Part shown: piece by piece, positions 56,439 through 64,000 of the stretch | How the letters are laid out: each line of letters opens with the position of its first letter | Position numbering within the stretch: position 1 is the first letter of the stretch | DNA from: Patescibacteria group bacterium | GTDB lineage: Bacteria > Patescibacteriota > Doudnabacteria > UBA920 > O2-02-FULL-48-8 | NCBI GenBank assembly: GCA_036278915.1 | Contig: DASUKB010000001.1 | Coordinates: 173,186-237,185 of the forward strand | Direction of reading: 5' to 3' | DNA: 64,000 bases | The notes under the pieces: model-generated | Told to the model about the DNA's origin: nothing | What the model saw: only the letters and a program-made list of their open reading frames with translations | Database searches by the model: none | Made by a program: the position numbers and the translations under genes

Positions 56439-58964
56439 ATGAACAGCACAGTCGCAATATTTTTTTGGATCATACTCGTAGCCGTCCTCGGACTGGTTGG
56501 TTTGATGTTGTATTTTTTCCTCCATGATTATTTGCGCAAAAGCACATGGGGCCCGCGGATTTTGAACTCAGTGTTTTTGGAAGTCACAGTCCCAAAAGAA
56601 AATTCCGATCCAAGCCAGGAGGCGGCCAAAGAGGAAAAAGACATCATCGCCATCGCGGAGCAGTTTTTTACAACCATAGCCCACGCGGAGGACAAGCGCG
56701 ATATCCAGCATTTTTTAAACATCAACGATTATATTTCATTTGAGATTGCGGCCACAGGCAAAAAGATTTCATTTTATATAAATGTGCCGCGCAAACTTCA
56801 GCCGCTCGTGGAAAAGCAGCTCCACGCCCAGTATCCCAAAGCGCAAATTGATCAGGTTAAGCCTTATAACATCTTCCACAAACACTCAAGCCAGGCCGCA
56901 GCCGAACTGGTTTTGCAAAAATCGCACATCTATCCGCTCCGGACGTACAAAGCCATGGAAACTGATCCCTTGAATGCCCTTACAAACAGTTTGTCCAAAC
57001 TTATGGAAGATGAAGGCGCGGCTATCCAGCTGCTTATTTCTCCGGCAGGGTCTGAATGGCAAAGCAAACCCCGCCATTTGGCGCTCGAGATCCAGCAGGG
57101 CAAAAATCCATCGGATGTAACGGCTACTATGAGCGAAAAATTTCTACGCGGTTCAGGTAAATTCGCAGGCGAACTTTTGAGCGAGGCGTTTGGCGCCAAG
57201 AAAAACCCAAACAAATTTGACCCGTCGGGAATGGACAAACCGATAAATTTAACGCCGATGCAGCAGGAGATCGTGAAAAAATTTGAAGAGAAAGCTTCGC
57301 GCACCGGGTACAAATTCAATTTGCGCGTGGTGGCATCTGCTCCGGACGCGCAATCGGCCGAGCTGCATTTGAAAAATATTACAGCAAGTTTTATGCAGTA
57401 CAGCATGCCGCCGTTCAATGGCTTCAAGGTCAAATCCATAAACACCAAACGAATCGTGACTGACTATGTATTCCGCGTGTTCCGCAATACTTCAAACGTA
57501 CTCAACACCGAGGAGATTTCATCGATCTGGCATCCGCCGACTCGGTTTACCGAAACGCCGAATATAAAATGGCTGACCTCAAAAAAAGCACCTCCGCCGC
57601 AGGATTTGCCGCCGGAAGGAGTTATCTTGGGCGAAAGCATCTATCGCGGAGTCAAACAAACCGTCAGGATTGCGCGCGATGACCGCCGCAGGCACCAGTA
57701 CATAATTGGCCGCACCGGCACTGGCAAAACCGAGCTTATGAAAAATATGGCTATCCAGGACATTCGCGCAGGCGAAGGCGTAGCCATAGTGGATCCGCAC
57801 GGCGATCTGGTGGAAGATGTTTTACAGTATGTGCCCAAAGAACGCGCCGGCGACGTTATCCTTTTTGAGCCGTCCGACATGGACCGGCCGCTGGGACTCA
57901 ATATGCTGGAGATTTCTGACCCATCCCAAAAAGATTTTGCGGTGCAGGAGATGATCTCAATTTTTATGAAGCTGTTTCCGCCGGAAATGATCGGACCGAT
58001 GTTTGAGCACAATATGCGAAATGTAATGCTGACGCTTATGCAAGACCACCAGTATCCAGGCACGATTGCCGACATTCCGCGCATGTTTACCGACACGGAT
58101 TTTCAAAAATACAAAGTTTCAAAAGTTTCAGATCCGATAGTGCGCAGTTTTTGGGAAAAAGAAATGGCCAAAACTTCGGACTTCCATAAATCCGAAATGC
58201 TGGGGTATCTTATTTCCAAAGTCGGTCGTTTTGTGGAGAACGAAATGATGCGCAATATAATCGGCCAGCCGCATTCATCATTTGATTTCCGAAAAGTTAT
58301 GGACGAAGGCAAAATTCTGCTTATAAATCTTTCAAAGGGCAAAACCGGCGAGGTGAACGCCAAACTTTTGGGACTTATAATCGTCTCCAAGCTTCAGATG
58401 GCGGCGCTGTCGCGCGCGGACGTAGCGGAAGACTCACGAAGAGATTTCTATTTGTATGTTGATGAGTTCCAGAATTTCGTCACGGACAGTTTCGCTACTA
58501 TCCTTTCGGAAGCGCGCAAATACAGGTTGAATTTAATAATGGCCCACCAGTTTATTTCTCAGTTGTCCGCCGAAAAAGAAGGTTCGTCTGGCCTGGATAC
58601 CTCTATGCGTGACGCTGTGTTTGGCAATGCGGGGACTATGGTCTGCTTCCGCATTGGCGTGGATGATGCCGAAATTATGGCCAAAGAATTTGCGCCGGTG
58701 TTCAATGAGTTTGACGTCATCAACATCGACCGGTTCAACGCCTGCGTTAAACTTATGATCGCGGGCACGGCCTCCAGGCCTTTCAATATGCACACGTTCC
58801 CCAAACCGCAGGATGCCAATCCGGAGTCGGCAAAGATTATTCGCGGCATGTCGAGACTGGCATTTGGCCGATCTCGCGCGGACGTGGAAAAAGACATTTT
58901 GGAGCGCACTAAGTTGGGGAGTCCGGAAAAGAGCGGCCCAGCCGCTGTGGAGCGAACACTATAG
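56439..58964 (+). CDS. VirD4/TraD/TrwB-like (FtsK-HerA superfamily) coupling ATPase with N-terminal TM
   Basis: DDRRRHQYIIGRTGTGKT (Walker A), VDPHGD, LYVDEFQNF (Walker B), SEARKYRL and HQFISQL. Confidence 0.88.
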   Translation: MNSTVAIFFWIILVAVLGLVGLMLYFFLHDYLRKSTWGPRILNSVFLEVTVPKENSDPSQEAAKEEKDIIAIAEQFFTTIAHAEDKRDIQHFLNINDYISFEIAATGKKISFYINVPRKLQPLVEKQLHAQYPKAQIDQVKPYNIFHKHSSQAAAELVLQKSHIYPLRTYKAMETDPLNALTNSLSKLMEDEGAAIQLLISPAGSEWQSKPRHLALEIQQGKNPSDVTATMSEKFLRGSGKFAGELLSEAFGAKKNPNKFDPSGMDKPINLTPMQQEIVKKFEEKASRTGYKFNLRVVASAPDAQSAELHLKNITASFMQYSMPPFNGFKVKSINTKRIVTDYVFRVFRNTSNVLNTEEISSIWHPPTRFTETPNIKWLTSKKAPPPQDLPPEGVILGESIYRGVKQTVRIARDDRRRHQYIIGRTGTGKTELMKNMAIQDIRAGEGVAIVDPHGDLVEDVLQYVPKERAGDVILFEPSDMDRPLGLNMLEISDPSQKDFAVQEMISIFMKLFPPEMIGPMFEHNMRNVMLTLMQDHQYPGTIADIPRMFTDTDFQKYKVSKVSDPIVRSFWEKEMAKTSDFHKSEMLGYLISKVGRFVENEMMRNIIGQPHSSFDFRKVMDEGKILLINLSKGKTGEVNAKLLGLIIVSKLQMAALSRADVAEDSRRDFYLYVDEFQNFVTDSFATILSEARKYRLNLIMAHQFISQLSAEKEGSSGLDTSMRDAVFGNAGTMVCFRIGVDDAEIMAKEFAPVFNEFDVINIDRFNACVKLMIAGTASRPFNMHTFPKPQDANPESAKIIRGMSRLAFGRSRADVEKDILERTKLGSPEKSGPAAVERTL

Positions 58965-58968
58965 TAAA

Positions 58969-59014
58969 AATTGATCTAATTTCTAAAATTTAGGTCAATT
59001 AAAAATTATAAATT
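58969..59014. repeat. AT-rich element, family C
   Basis: AATTGATCTAATTTCTAAAATTTAGGTCAATT, nearly identical to 2461-2492. Confidence 0.7.
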
Positions 59015-59425
59015 ATGAAGAAGCTTAATCCTAAAGATAACGCCGCTCATCTGTTTTGCCTGTTTCTGGCAGAGGAAATGCGAAAACGCACGATTTCGCT
59101 TGGTCAGGCCAAGGAAATGGCGCGCGCCGTAGTGGCTCACAAAAATCTTGTCGATAACGAAGAGCATATGTTGCGGCTGGTTATCGAACTTTCCAAAGAT
59201 TTCCCGCAACTCAAGAATTTTGAAAAAAAACTTGCGGAATATATTGAGAAGACAACACGCTCCAAACAAGAACTTTTGATTACAGAGTTTGTCTCGCAAA
59301 TTATGGATTCCGACCCAAACCAGGCCATGAGAATTCTGGATGACGCTATAGAGTCGTCTTACAATTTGGACGCTCTCAAAGCTAAGTATCCAGAACTTGG
59401 ACAATTTTTAAACCAAAACCAATGA
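59015..59425 (+). CDS. helical hypothetical protein (136 aa)
   Basis: ORF directly after the ATPase on the same strand. Confidence 0.7.
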   Translation: MKKLNPKDNAAHLFCLFLAEEMRKRTISLGQAKEMARAVVAHKNLVDNEEHMLRLVIELSKDFPQLKNFEKKLAEYIEKTTRSKQELLITEFVSQIMDSDPNQAMRILDDAIESSYNLDALKAKYPELGQFLNQNQ

Positions 59426-59562
59426 TCGAACAACCTGAAGCCAAACCAAAATCAGTAGAATCTCAGCCTGAAGTTTCAGACGAGACTTTGCAGGAAATCA
59501 TTAATATGCTCGAGGAGTGCTATTCGTTGGACGACCTTTCGAAAAAATTTGCCTCGCTTTGA
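59422..59562 (+). CDS. 46-aa acidic small protein (not in ORF track)
   Basis: ATGA overlap with the previous stop; MIEQPEAKPKSVESQPEVSDETLQEIINMLEECYSLDDLSKKFASL. Confidence 0.45.
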   Translation: MIEQPEAKPKSVESQPEVSDETLQEIINMLEECYSLDDLSKKFASL

Positions 59563-59639
59563 ACAATTTGGTATAATTCTTATGTTGTTTAAACATTTCT
59601 GAAACCAAAGCAAAACCAATATTTAGCTAAATTGGATAC

Positions 59640-59668
59640 TTGACCTCCCTGTGGATAAGTGGTAATAT
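59640..59668 (+). promoter_or_regulatory. promoter with a perfect DnaA box in the -35/-10 spacer
   Basis: TTGACC-17 nt-(TGg)TAATAT; TGTGGATAA at 59650-59658. Confidence 0.6.
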
Positions 59669-59766
59669 ATCTTGGTGTTAATTGCTTTTCTGAAATAAAA
59701 ACAGGATTATTTCGTAGTAATTCAAGACGCACATACTTACAGGAAATTAAGATCCAGAACAAATTT

Positions 59767-60372
59767 ATGGACAATACCAACAACCTGGCGCTAATTGCGC
59801 AAATGATAGAATCCGCTGAAAAAAACATTCAGTCTGCCAAGCAGCTCTTGCGCGACCTTATGGGCGGCCGCATGCCTTCTATAGACACATCCGAAATTTC
59901 AAGACGGGCGCAGAATCTTTCCGTTTCGGAAGGAGGTAAAATTATCGAAGGCGTGTTTGACGGGCAAAATATGATTGGGCCGGATGGCAAACAATATCCG
60001 GTGCCGGCTAATTACGCTTCAAAGAGCAAGCTTGTGGAAGGCGACGTGCTTAAATTGACCATTGCCGATGACGGCTCATTTATCTACAAACAAATCGGAC
60101 CCATAGAACGCCGCAAGATCCTGGGCCTTTTGAGCCAGGACGAAAAAGGCGAATACCGCGTCGTGGCCGAAGGCAAATCCTTCAAAGTCCTGCTGGCTAG
60201 TTTGACTTATTTTAAGGCCGAGCCGGGGGATGAAGTCACTATAGTTTTGCCCAAGGATTCTGATGCGACCTGGGGCGCTGTAGAGAACGTCATTAAGCAG
60301 GGTACCGCTCCGGCGGCAGGAATTCCAACTGCCAGCAAGAGCTCGGACGAAACAGAACTAGAAGAAATATAA
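59767..60372 (+). CDS. hypothetical protein (N-terminal coiled coil plus two small beta-rich modules)
   Basis: IIEGVFDGQNMIGPDGKQYPVPANYASKSKLVEGD; ATG 59767 lies downstream of the promoter. Confidence 0.75.
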   Translation: MDNTNNLALIAQMIESAEKNIQSAKQLLRDLMGGRMPSIDTSEISRRAQNLSVSEGGKIIEGVFDGQNMIGPDGKQYPVPANYASKSKLVEGDVLKLTIADDGSFIYKQIGPIERRKILGLLSQDEKGEYRVVAEGKSFKVLLASLTYFKAEPGDEVTIVLPKDSDATWGAVENVIKQGTAPAAGIPTASKSSDETELEEI

Positions 60373-60381
60373 CTCCAATAC

Positions 60382-60837
60382 ATGCCAGAAACATTGCCAG
60401 ACAGTCCGTCAGCATATAGTAAAATCGTAGGTCAGTTTATTCGGTTCGCGGTGGTTGGTATTGTGAACACGGCAATCAATTTTGTCATTGTGCTATTGCT
60501 TTCAAGCTTGTTCGGCATTACCAAAGGCGAAAAAATCATTTGGATTTCGATGGTGGGCTTCATAGCCGCTACTACCAATAGCTATTTTATGAACAAAGCC
60601 TGGGCATTCCATGACCAAAGCCATGGAGGCGCCCAAAAGCCCACCATTTTTTTGGCTGTGAGCTTAGTAGGGCTGGCGATTAACAGTGGGATAGTGTACT
60701 TTGTCACGACGCATGTAAATCCAATACTAAATTTGGGTCCTCACATCTGGGAAGTCGTCGCACTCGTCGTGGCCACCGGTATCAGCCTTATTTGGAATTT
60801 TATAGGCTATAAATTATTTGTGTTTAAAAATAGTTAG
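60382..60837 (+). CDS. GtrA-family putative flippase
   Basis: QFIRFAVVGIVNTAIN, NSYFMNKAWAF and WNFIGYKLFVF; 4 TM. Confidence 0.88.
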   Translation: MPETLPDSPSAYSKIVGQFIRFAVVGIVNTAINFVIVLLLSSLFGITKGEKIIWISMVGFIAATTNSYFMNKAWAFHDQSHGGAQKPTIFLAVSLVGLAINSGIVYFVTTHVNPILNLGPHIWEVVALVVATGISLIWNFIGYKLFVFKNS

Positions 60838-60850
60838 GGTAGACAATCAC

Positions 60851-60874
60851 AAAAGCGGCTATGAGCCGTTTTTT
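60851..60874 (+). terminator. intrinsic terminator
   Basis: GCGGCT-atg-AGCCGT followed by a T-run. Confidence 0.6.
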
Positions 60875-60907
60875 ATTTTGTCCGAAATTGTGGTAAAATA
60901 AAGCGCT

Positions 60908-62464
60908 ATGAGTAACCTTGTTTTATATCGCAAATTCCGATCGCTGTCGTTTGCCGACTTGGTCGGACAAAATCACGTAAAACTCACACTGACCCACGCC
61001 GTGGCCAACCACCGCCTGGGGCACGCGTATCTTTTTTGCGGCCCGCGAGGAGTAGGCAAAACTTCAGTTGCCAGGATTTTGGCTCGCGCGGTGAATTGTC
61101 CGAACGCCAAAGAGGGCGAACCCTGCAATGAGTGTGAAATTTGCAAAGAATTCCTTAATGGCACGTCACTGGATGTTTTGGAGATCGATGCGGCCAGCCA
61201 CACCGGCGTGGATAACATCCGTGAACTTATAGAACACTTGCAGTTTGCGCCAACGCGCGCGCAGTACAAAGTAATCATCATCGACGAAGTCCATATGCTC
61301 TCACGCGGCGCGTTCAATGCCCTGCTCAAAAGCCTGGAGGAGCCGCCTGCCCATGCCATTTTTATATTGGCCACCACTGAAGTCCATAAATTACCAGCGA
61401 CCATAGTTTCTCGCACCCAGCGCTTTGATTTCAAAAAAGGCTCTGTGGCCGATCTTACTGCAAGGCTTAAATTTGTCTGCAAACAGTCGCAGATTTCCGC
61501 ATCCGAGGAAGCGATAGCTATAATTGCCCAATCCGCGGATGGAAGTTTCCGAGATGCCTTGTCGCTCTTGGATCAGGTGGCAAGTTTTGCGTCAGGCGAG
61601 ATTACACCCGAACTTGTGGAAGACGTGCTGGGCAAGACGAGCTTTAAATCCTGTTCGGATTTTTTTGATTTGATATTGTCGGTCCAGACATTGGAAGCGG
61701 TGCGGTTTGTGTCGGAATTGTCCTTCGCGGGACGCGATTTACTGCAGTTCCAGAAAGATTTTTTGGAATACCTCCGCCAAAGCTTGCTGCTTAAAGTCGG
61801 GGTCAAAACGGAAATTATTTTGCCGGAAGAGCAATTGCAAAAATGTACAAATCAGATAGGAAAGATTTCATTGGACCAGCTTGTAAGGATTATAGAGGTA
61901 TTCCAAAAATCCGGGTCTGAACTCAAATGGACAGCTATACAGAGCCTGCCTTTGGAACTGGCCGCGGTTGAGGCGATAAGCCTATCAGAATCATCTGTGT
62001 CATTGCGAGGAGCACCTCAAAAATCACCTGCTGCGACGAAGCAATCTGTCTCTAGTGAAGAGATCGCCACGTCCCGCCGAAGCGGGGCTCGGCAAGACAA
62101 TGATCCCCAATTATTACAGCAGGTAACTGAAAACTGGCCTAAGATTTTGGAAAAATTGAAAGATTACAACCATTCGCTTATTCCAAGCCTGAAGCTTGCC
62201 CACCCAGTGGAAATAATAGACCAAGAGCTTGTGGTAACTTTTCCGTATAAATTCCACAAGGATGCAGTGGAACAGCGCAAAAATAAAATTGTCGTGGATC
62301 AGGTCATCGAAGAAGTTACGGGGCTTAAGCTTATGATCAAGCCAGTGGTGGAAAAAGACTGGCAGGCAAATCCTCGGCCGACGGACGAAAAACCAGCGGC
62401 GGATTCCGGTGAAAATCTTATGGAATCTGCGCTGAAGATTATGGGTGGAGAAGTTGAAAGCTAA
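60908..62464 (+). CDS. dnaX: DNA polymerase III gamma/tau subunit
   Basis: LYRKFR, GPRGVGKT, C4 zinc module, EIDAAS, DEVHML and SRTQRFDF. Confidence 0.96.
   Translation: MSNLVLYRKFRSLSFADLVGQNHVKLTLTHAVANHRLGHAYLFCGPRGVGKTSVARILARAVNCPNAKEGEPCNECEICKEFLNGTSLDVLEIDAASHTGVDNIRELIEHLQFAPTRAQYKVIIIDEVHMLSRGAFNALLKSLEEPPAHAIFILATTEVHKLPATIVSRTQRFDFKKGSVADLTARLKFVCKQSQISASEEAIAIIAQSADGSFRDALSLLDQVASFASGEITPELVEDVLGKTSFKSCSDFFDLILSVQTLEAVRFVSELSFAGRDLLQFQKDFLEYLRQSLLLKVGVKTEIILPEEQLQKCTNQIGKISLDQLVRIIEVFQKSGSELKWTAIQSLPLELAAVEAISLSESSVSLRGAPQKSPAATKQSVSSEEIATSRRSGARQDNDPQLLQQVTENWPKILEKLKDYNHSLIPSLKLAHPVEIIDQELVVTFPYKFHKDAVEQRKNKIVVDQVIEEVTGLKLMIKPVVEKDWQANPRPTDEKPAADSGENLMESALKIMGGEVES
61998..62099. 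repeat. family-B REP-like palindrome inserted in frame within dnaX
   Basis: TGTCATTGCGAG...GCGACGAAGCAATCT...AGATCGCCACG...CTCGGCAAGACA; 102 nt. Confidence 0.75.
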
Positions 62465-63041
62465 AAACAAACTGAAACGATGCCCCTGGCCTGGTGAGGA
62501 TAAGCTTATGATTCTCTACCACGACCGCGAGTGGGGTGCGCCCCTGCACCGTGACCTGAAAATTTACGAATTTTTGGTTTTGGAAACGTTCCAGGCCGGG
62601 CTTTCGTGGCGCACTGTTTTGCATAAACGCAAAAATTTTCAACGGGCGTTTGCGAATTTTGATTTCCGCAAAGTTGCCAAGTTTGGCAAACGGGAAATAG
62701 ACAAACTGCTTGGTGATGCGGGCATAATCCGCAACCGTGCCAAGATTGAAGCGGCAGTGCACAACGCCCGATGTTTTCTACATGTACGAGATGAGTTCGG
62801 CACTTTCGACAAGTATATGTGGAGTTGGGTTTCGGGTAAACCTATAGTCCACAAAATAAAATCAGCTAAAGATTTGCCAATCTACAACGACGAAGCAGTC
62901 AAATGGGCCAAAGACCTAAAAAAGCGGGGATTTAAATTCCTGGGTCCTACGGTGGTGTACGCGCATATGCAAGCAGTGGGCATGGTAAATGACCACATGG
63001 TTGACTGTTTTAGATACAAAAAATTGCGCTATAGCGCATAA
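62445..63041 (+). CDS. tag: DNA-3-methyladenine glycosylase I
   Basis: RCPW, YHDREWG, LETFQAGLSW, IIRNRAKI and GMVNDH motifs. Confidence 0.94.
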   Translation: MEKLKAKNKLKRCPWPGEDKLMILYHDREWGAPLHRDLKIYEFLVLETFQAGLSWRTVLHKRKNFQRAFANFDFRKVAKFGKREIDKLLGDAGIIRNRAKIEAAVHNARCFLHVRDEFGTFDKYMWSWVSGKPIVHKIKSAKDLPIYNDEAVKWAKDLKKRGFKFLGPTVVYAHMQAVGMVNDHMVDCFRYKKLRYSA

Positions 63042-63047
63042 AATTTT

Positions 63048-63122
63048 TGGCTGGGGAGGAAGGGATCGAACCTTCGTATGGGGGCTTCAAAGGCCCCTGC
63101 CTTACCGCTTGGCTACTCCCCA
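63048..63122 (-). tRNA. tRNA-Gln (anticodon TTG), CCA encoded
   Basis: TGGGGAG/CTCCCCA acceptor stem, AGCCAAGCGGTAAGGC D-arm, GGGGC-CTTTGAA-GCCCC anticodon arm, GGTTCGATCC T-loop. Confidence 0.96.
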
Positions 63123-63266
63123 AAGCCTCGTAAATATAGCAAAAATTTAGTATAATTTCAATGCTTGGAAGACGCCGGTTGTATATGTCATAATCATATT
63201 GAACAACTATTTTGTTGTGCAAAACGGAGATAACTAAAAAGTAAGAACCAAGTAAGAGCGAGGTAA

Positions 63267-63722
63267 GTGCCAAAATTGATACAAAAAATCAACAGGATTA
63301 TATATAGAATTATTGAGCCGATTTTCCCGTATGTCCGGGATGCACTTTTGGCGTGCGGTATTATTCATCATCATGGCCGGCAGCGGTATCCGGTAGGATT
63401 TTTGGAAAAAAATAAAAATGCGCAAGAGTTTGAAAATTATCTCGGGCGCTTAGGCTTCCGAAAAAACAAAATTGCCTGGAAGGACGAAGGGGAAATTCTA
63501 GGCATGCGCAAGCTGGATGGATTTGATTTTTGCTATCACATTCGGATTTTTTCGGACGGTGAAGTGCGCGGACACTACGAACGTACCGTAGAAAGCAATG
63601 CCTGGAACCATTTTTTTGAAATCGGCATGGAACCGCGTACTCAAGACTTTAGGAAATTTACACAGCCTTTTCTACAGGCTGTACCGGAATTTGAAATATC
63701 AACTGCCACAGTAACGAGCTGA
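63267..63722 (+). CDS. hypothetical protein (151 aa)
   Basis: GTG start with GAGGT upstream; globular-looking sequence with YHIRIF..GEVRGHYE. Confidence 0.65.
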   Translation: MPKLIQKINRIIYRIIEPIFPYVRDALLACGIIHHHGRQRYPVGFLEKNKNAQEFENYLGRLGFRKNKIAWKDEGEILGMRKLDGFDFCYHIRIFSDGEVRGHYERTVESNAWNHFFEIGMEPRTQDFRKFTQPFLQAVPEFEISTATVTS

Positions 63723-63999
63723 CATCGCGTGGCTCGCCCTGGTACGGGTGGTGGTGCAAATCCAAAAATGGGGAGCTGTTGCACTCAATTACACCGCAAA
63801 GTTTTTGGCCCCTGTAGCTTCTACTCATGTCGTTGATGATAAAATCAATGCCAATGACCGGGTCATCCACGACTTTGGCAATTTTTTCAAAAAGTTGTTT
63901 GTTATCTGGATGCACATTGTCGGTGAAGTCTTCCGTGATTGCGCCCACGCCGCGACTGACTTTGTCTGACAGATATACTGCATCACCGTCCTTTGGTAT
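63658..63999 (-). CDS. C-terminus of an ATP-grasp ligase (cyanophycin-synthetase-like), truncated by the window edge
   Basis: TEDFTDNVHP, IGIDFII, VIECNSSPFLDLHHHP..GEPRDV; frame open to the window end. Confidence 0.75.
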   Translation of the reverse strand: MPKDGDAVYLSDKVSRGVGAITEDFTDNVHPDNKQLFEKIAKVVDDPVIGIDFIINDMSRSYRGQKLCGVIECNSSPFLDLHHHPYQGEPRDVSSLLWQLIFQIPVQPVEKAV

Positions 64000-64000
64000 T

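Noticed and set aside
56439-58964. Integrative conjugative element or plasmid transfer region
   Set aside because: No relaxase, integrase, att repeats or mating-pair genes in the window, and the flanks are core genes.
63048-63122. tRNA-Gln as an integration site
   Set aside because: No duplicated tRNA 3' end and no integrase seen within the window.
1-64000. Alternative genetic code (TGA read as Gly/Trp)
   Set aside because: Conserved genes are full length under code 11, and several (mreB, holB, serS, cysS) end at TGA.

Overview
A mostly core-genome, largely + strand window from a small-genome bacterium using genetic code 11. The gene style (PsbP-like and PEGA surface proteins, compact ProRS and MurF, Shine-Dalgarno-less core genes) suggests Patescibacteria/CPR, Parcubacteria-like; this is inference. 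Core content: a lower-glycolysis cluster (PfkB-type kinase, fba, gap, pgk, gpmI), recJ-rnhA, murA-mreB, holB, frr-rseP-proS-mreBCD-mrdA, greA, lysS-rdgB-serS-murF-ftsQ, an ECF sigma/anti-sigma pair, a surface-glycosylation cluster, rplU, recR, dnaB, cysS, corA, dnaX, tag and tRNA-Gln(TTG). Most interesting: (1) a cassette of a small acidic protein, a 1396-aa signal-peptide-less protein with central hydrophobic helices and a VirD4/TraD-like ATPase, a candidate secretion/effector module; (2) several families of short non-coding elements, including a duplicated 140-bp three-way-junction element, REP-like 5'-UTR elements and 7-nt-phased arrays, two of which lie inside dnaX and holB coding sequence; (3) a promoter-to-terminator candidate ncRNA; (4) two AbrB/MazE-like genes missing from the ORF track, with operator-like arrays; (5) orphan genes, including a Mu Gam homolog, that carry strong SD motifs while the core genes examined do not. 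No CRISPR array, rRNA or transposase was seen. All protein family calls come from motif recognition, not database searches.
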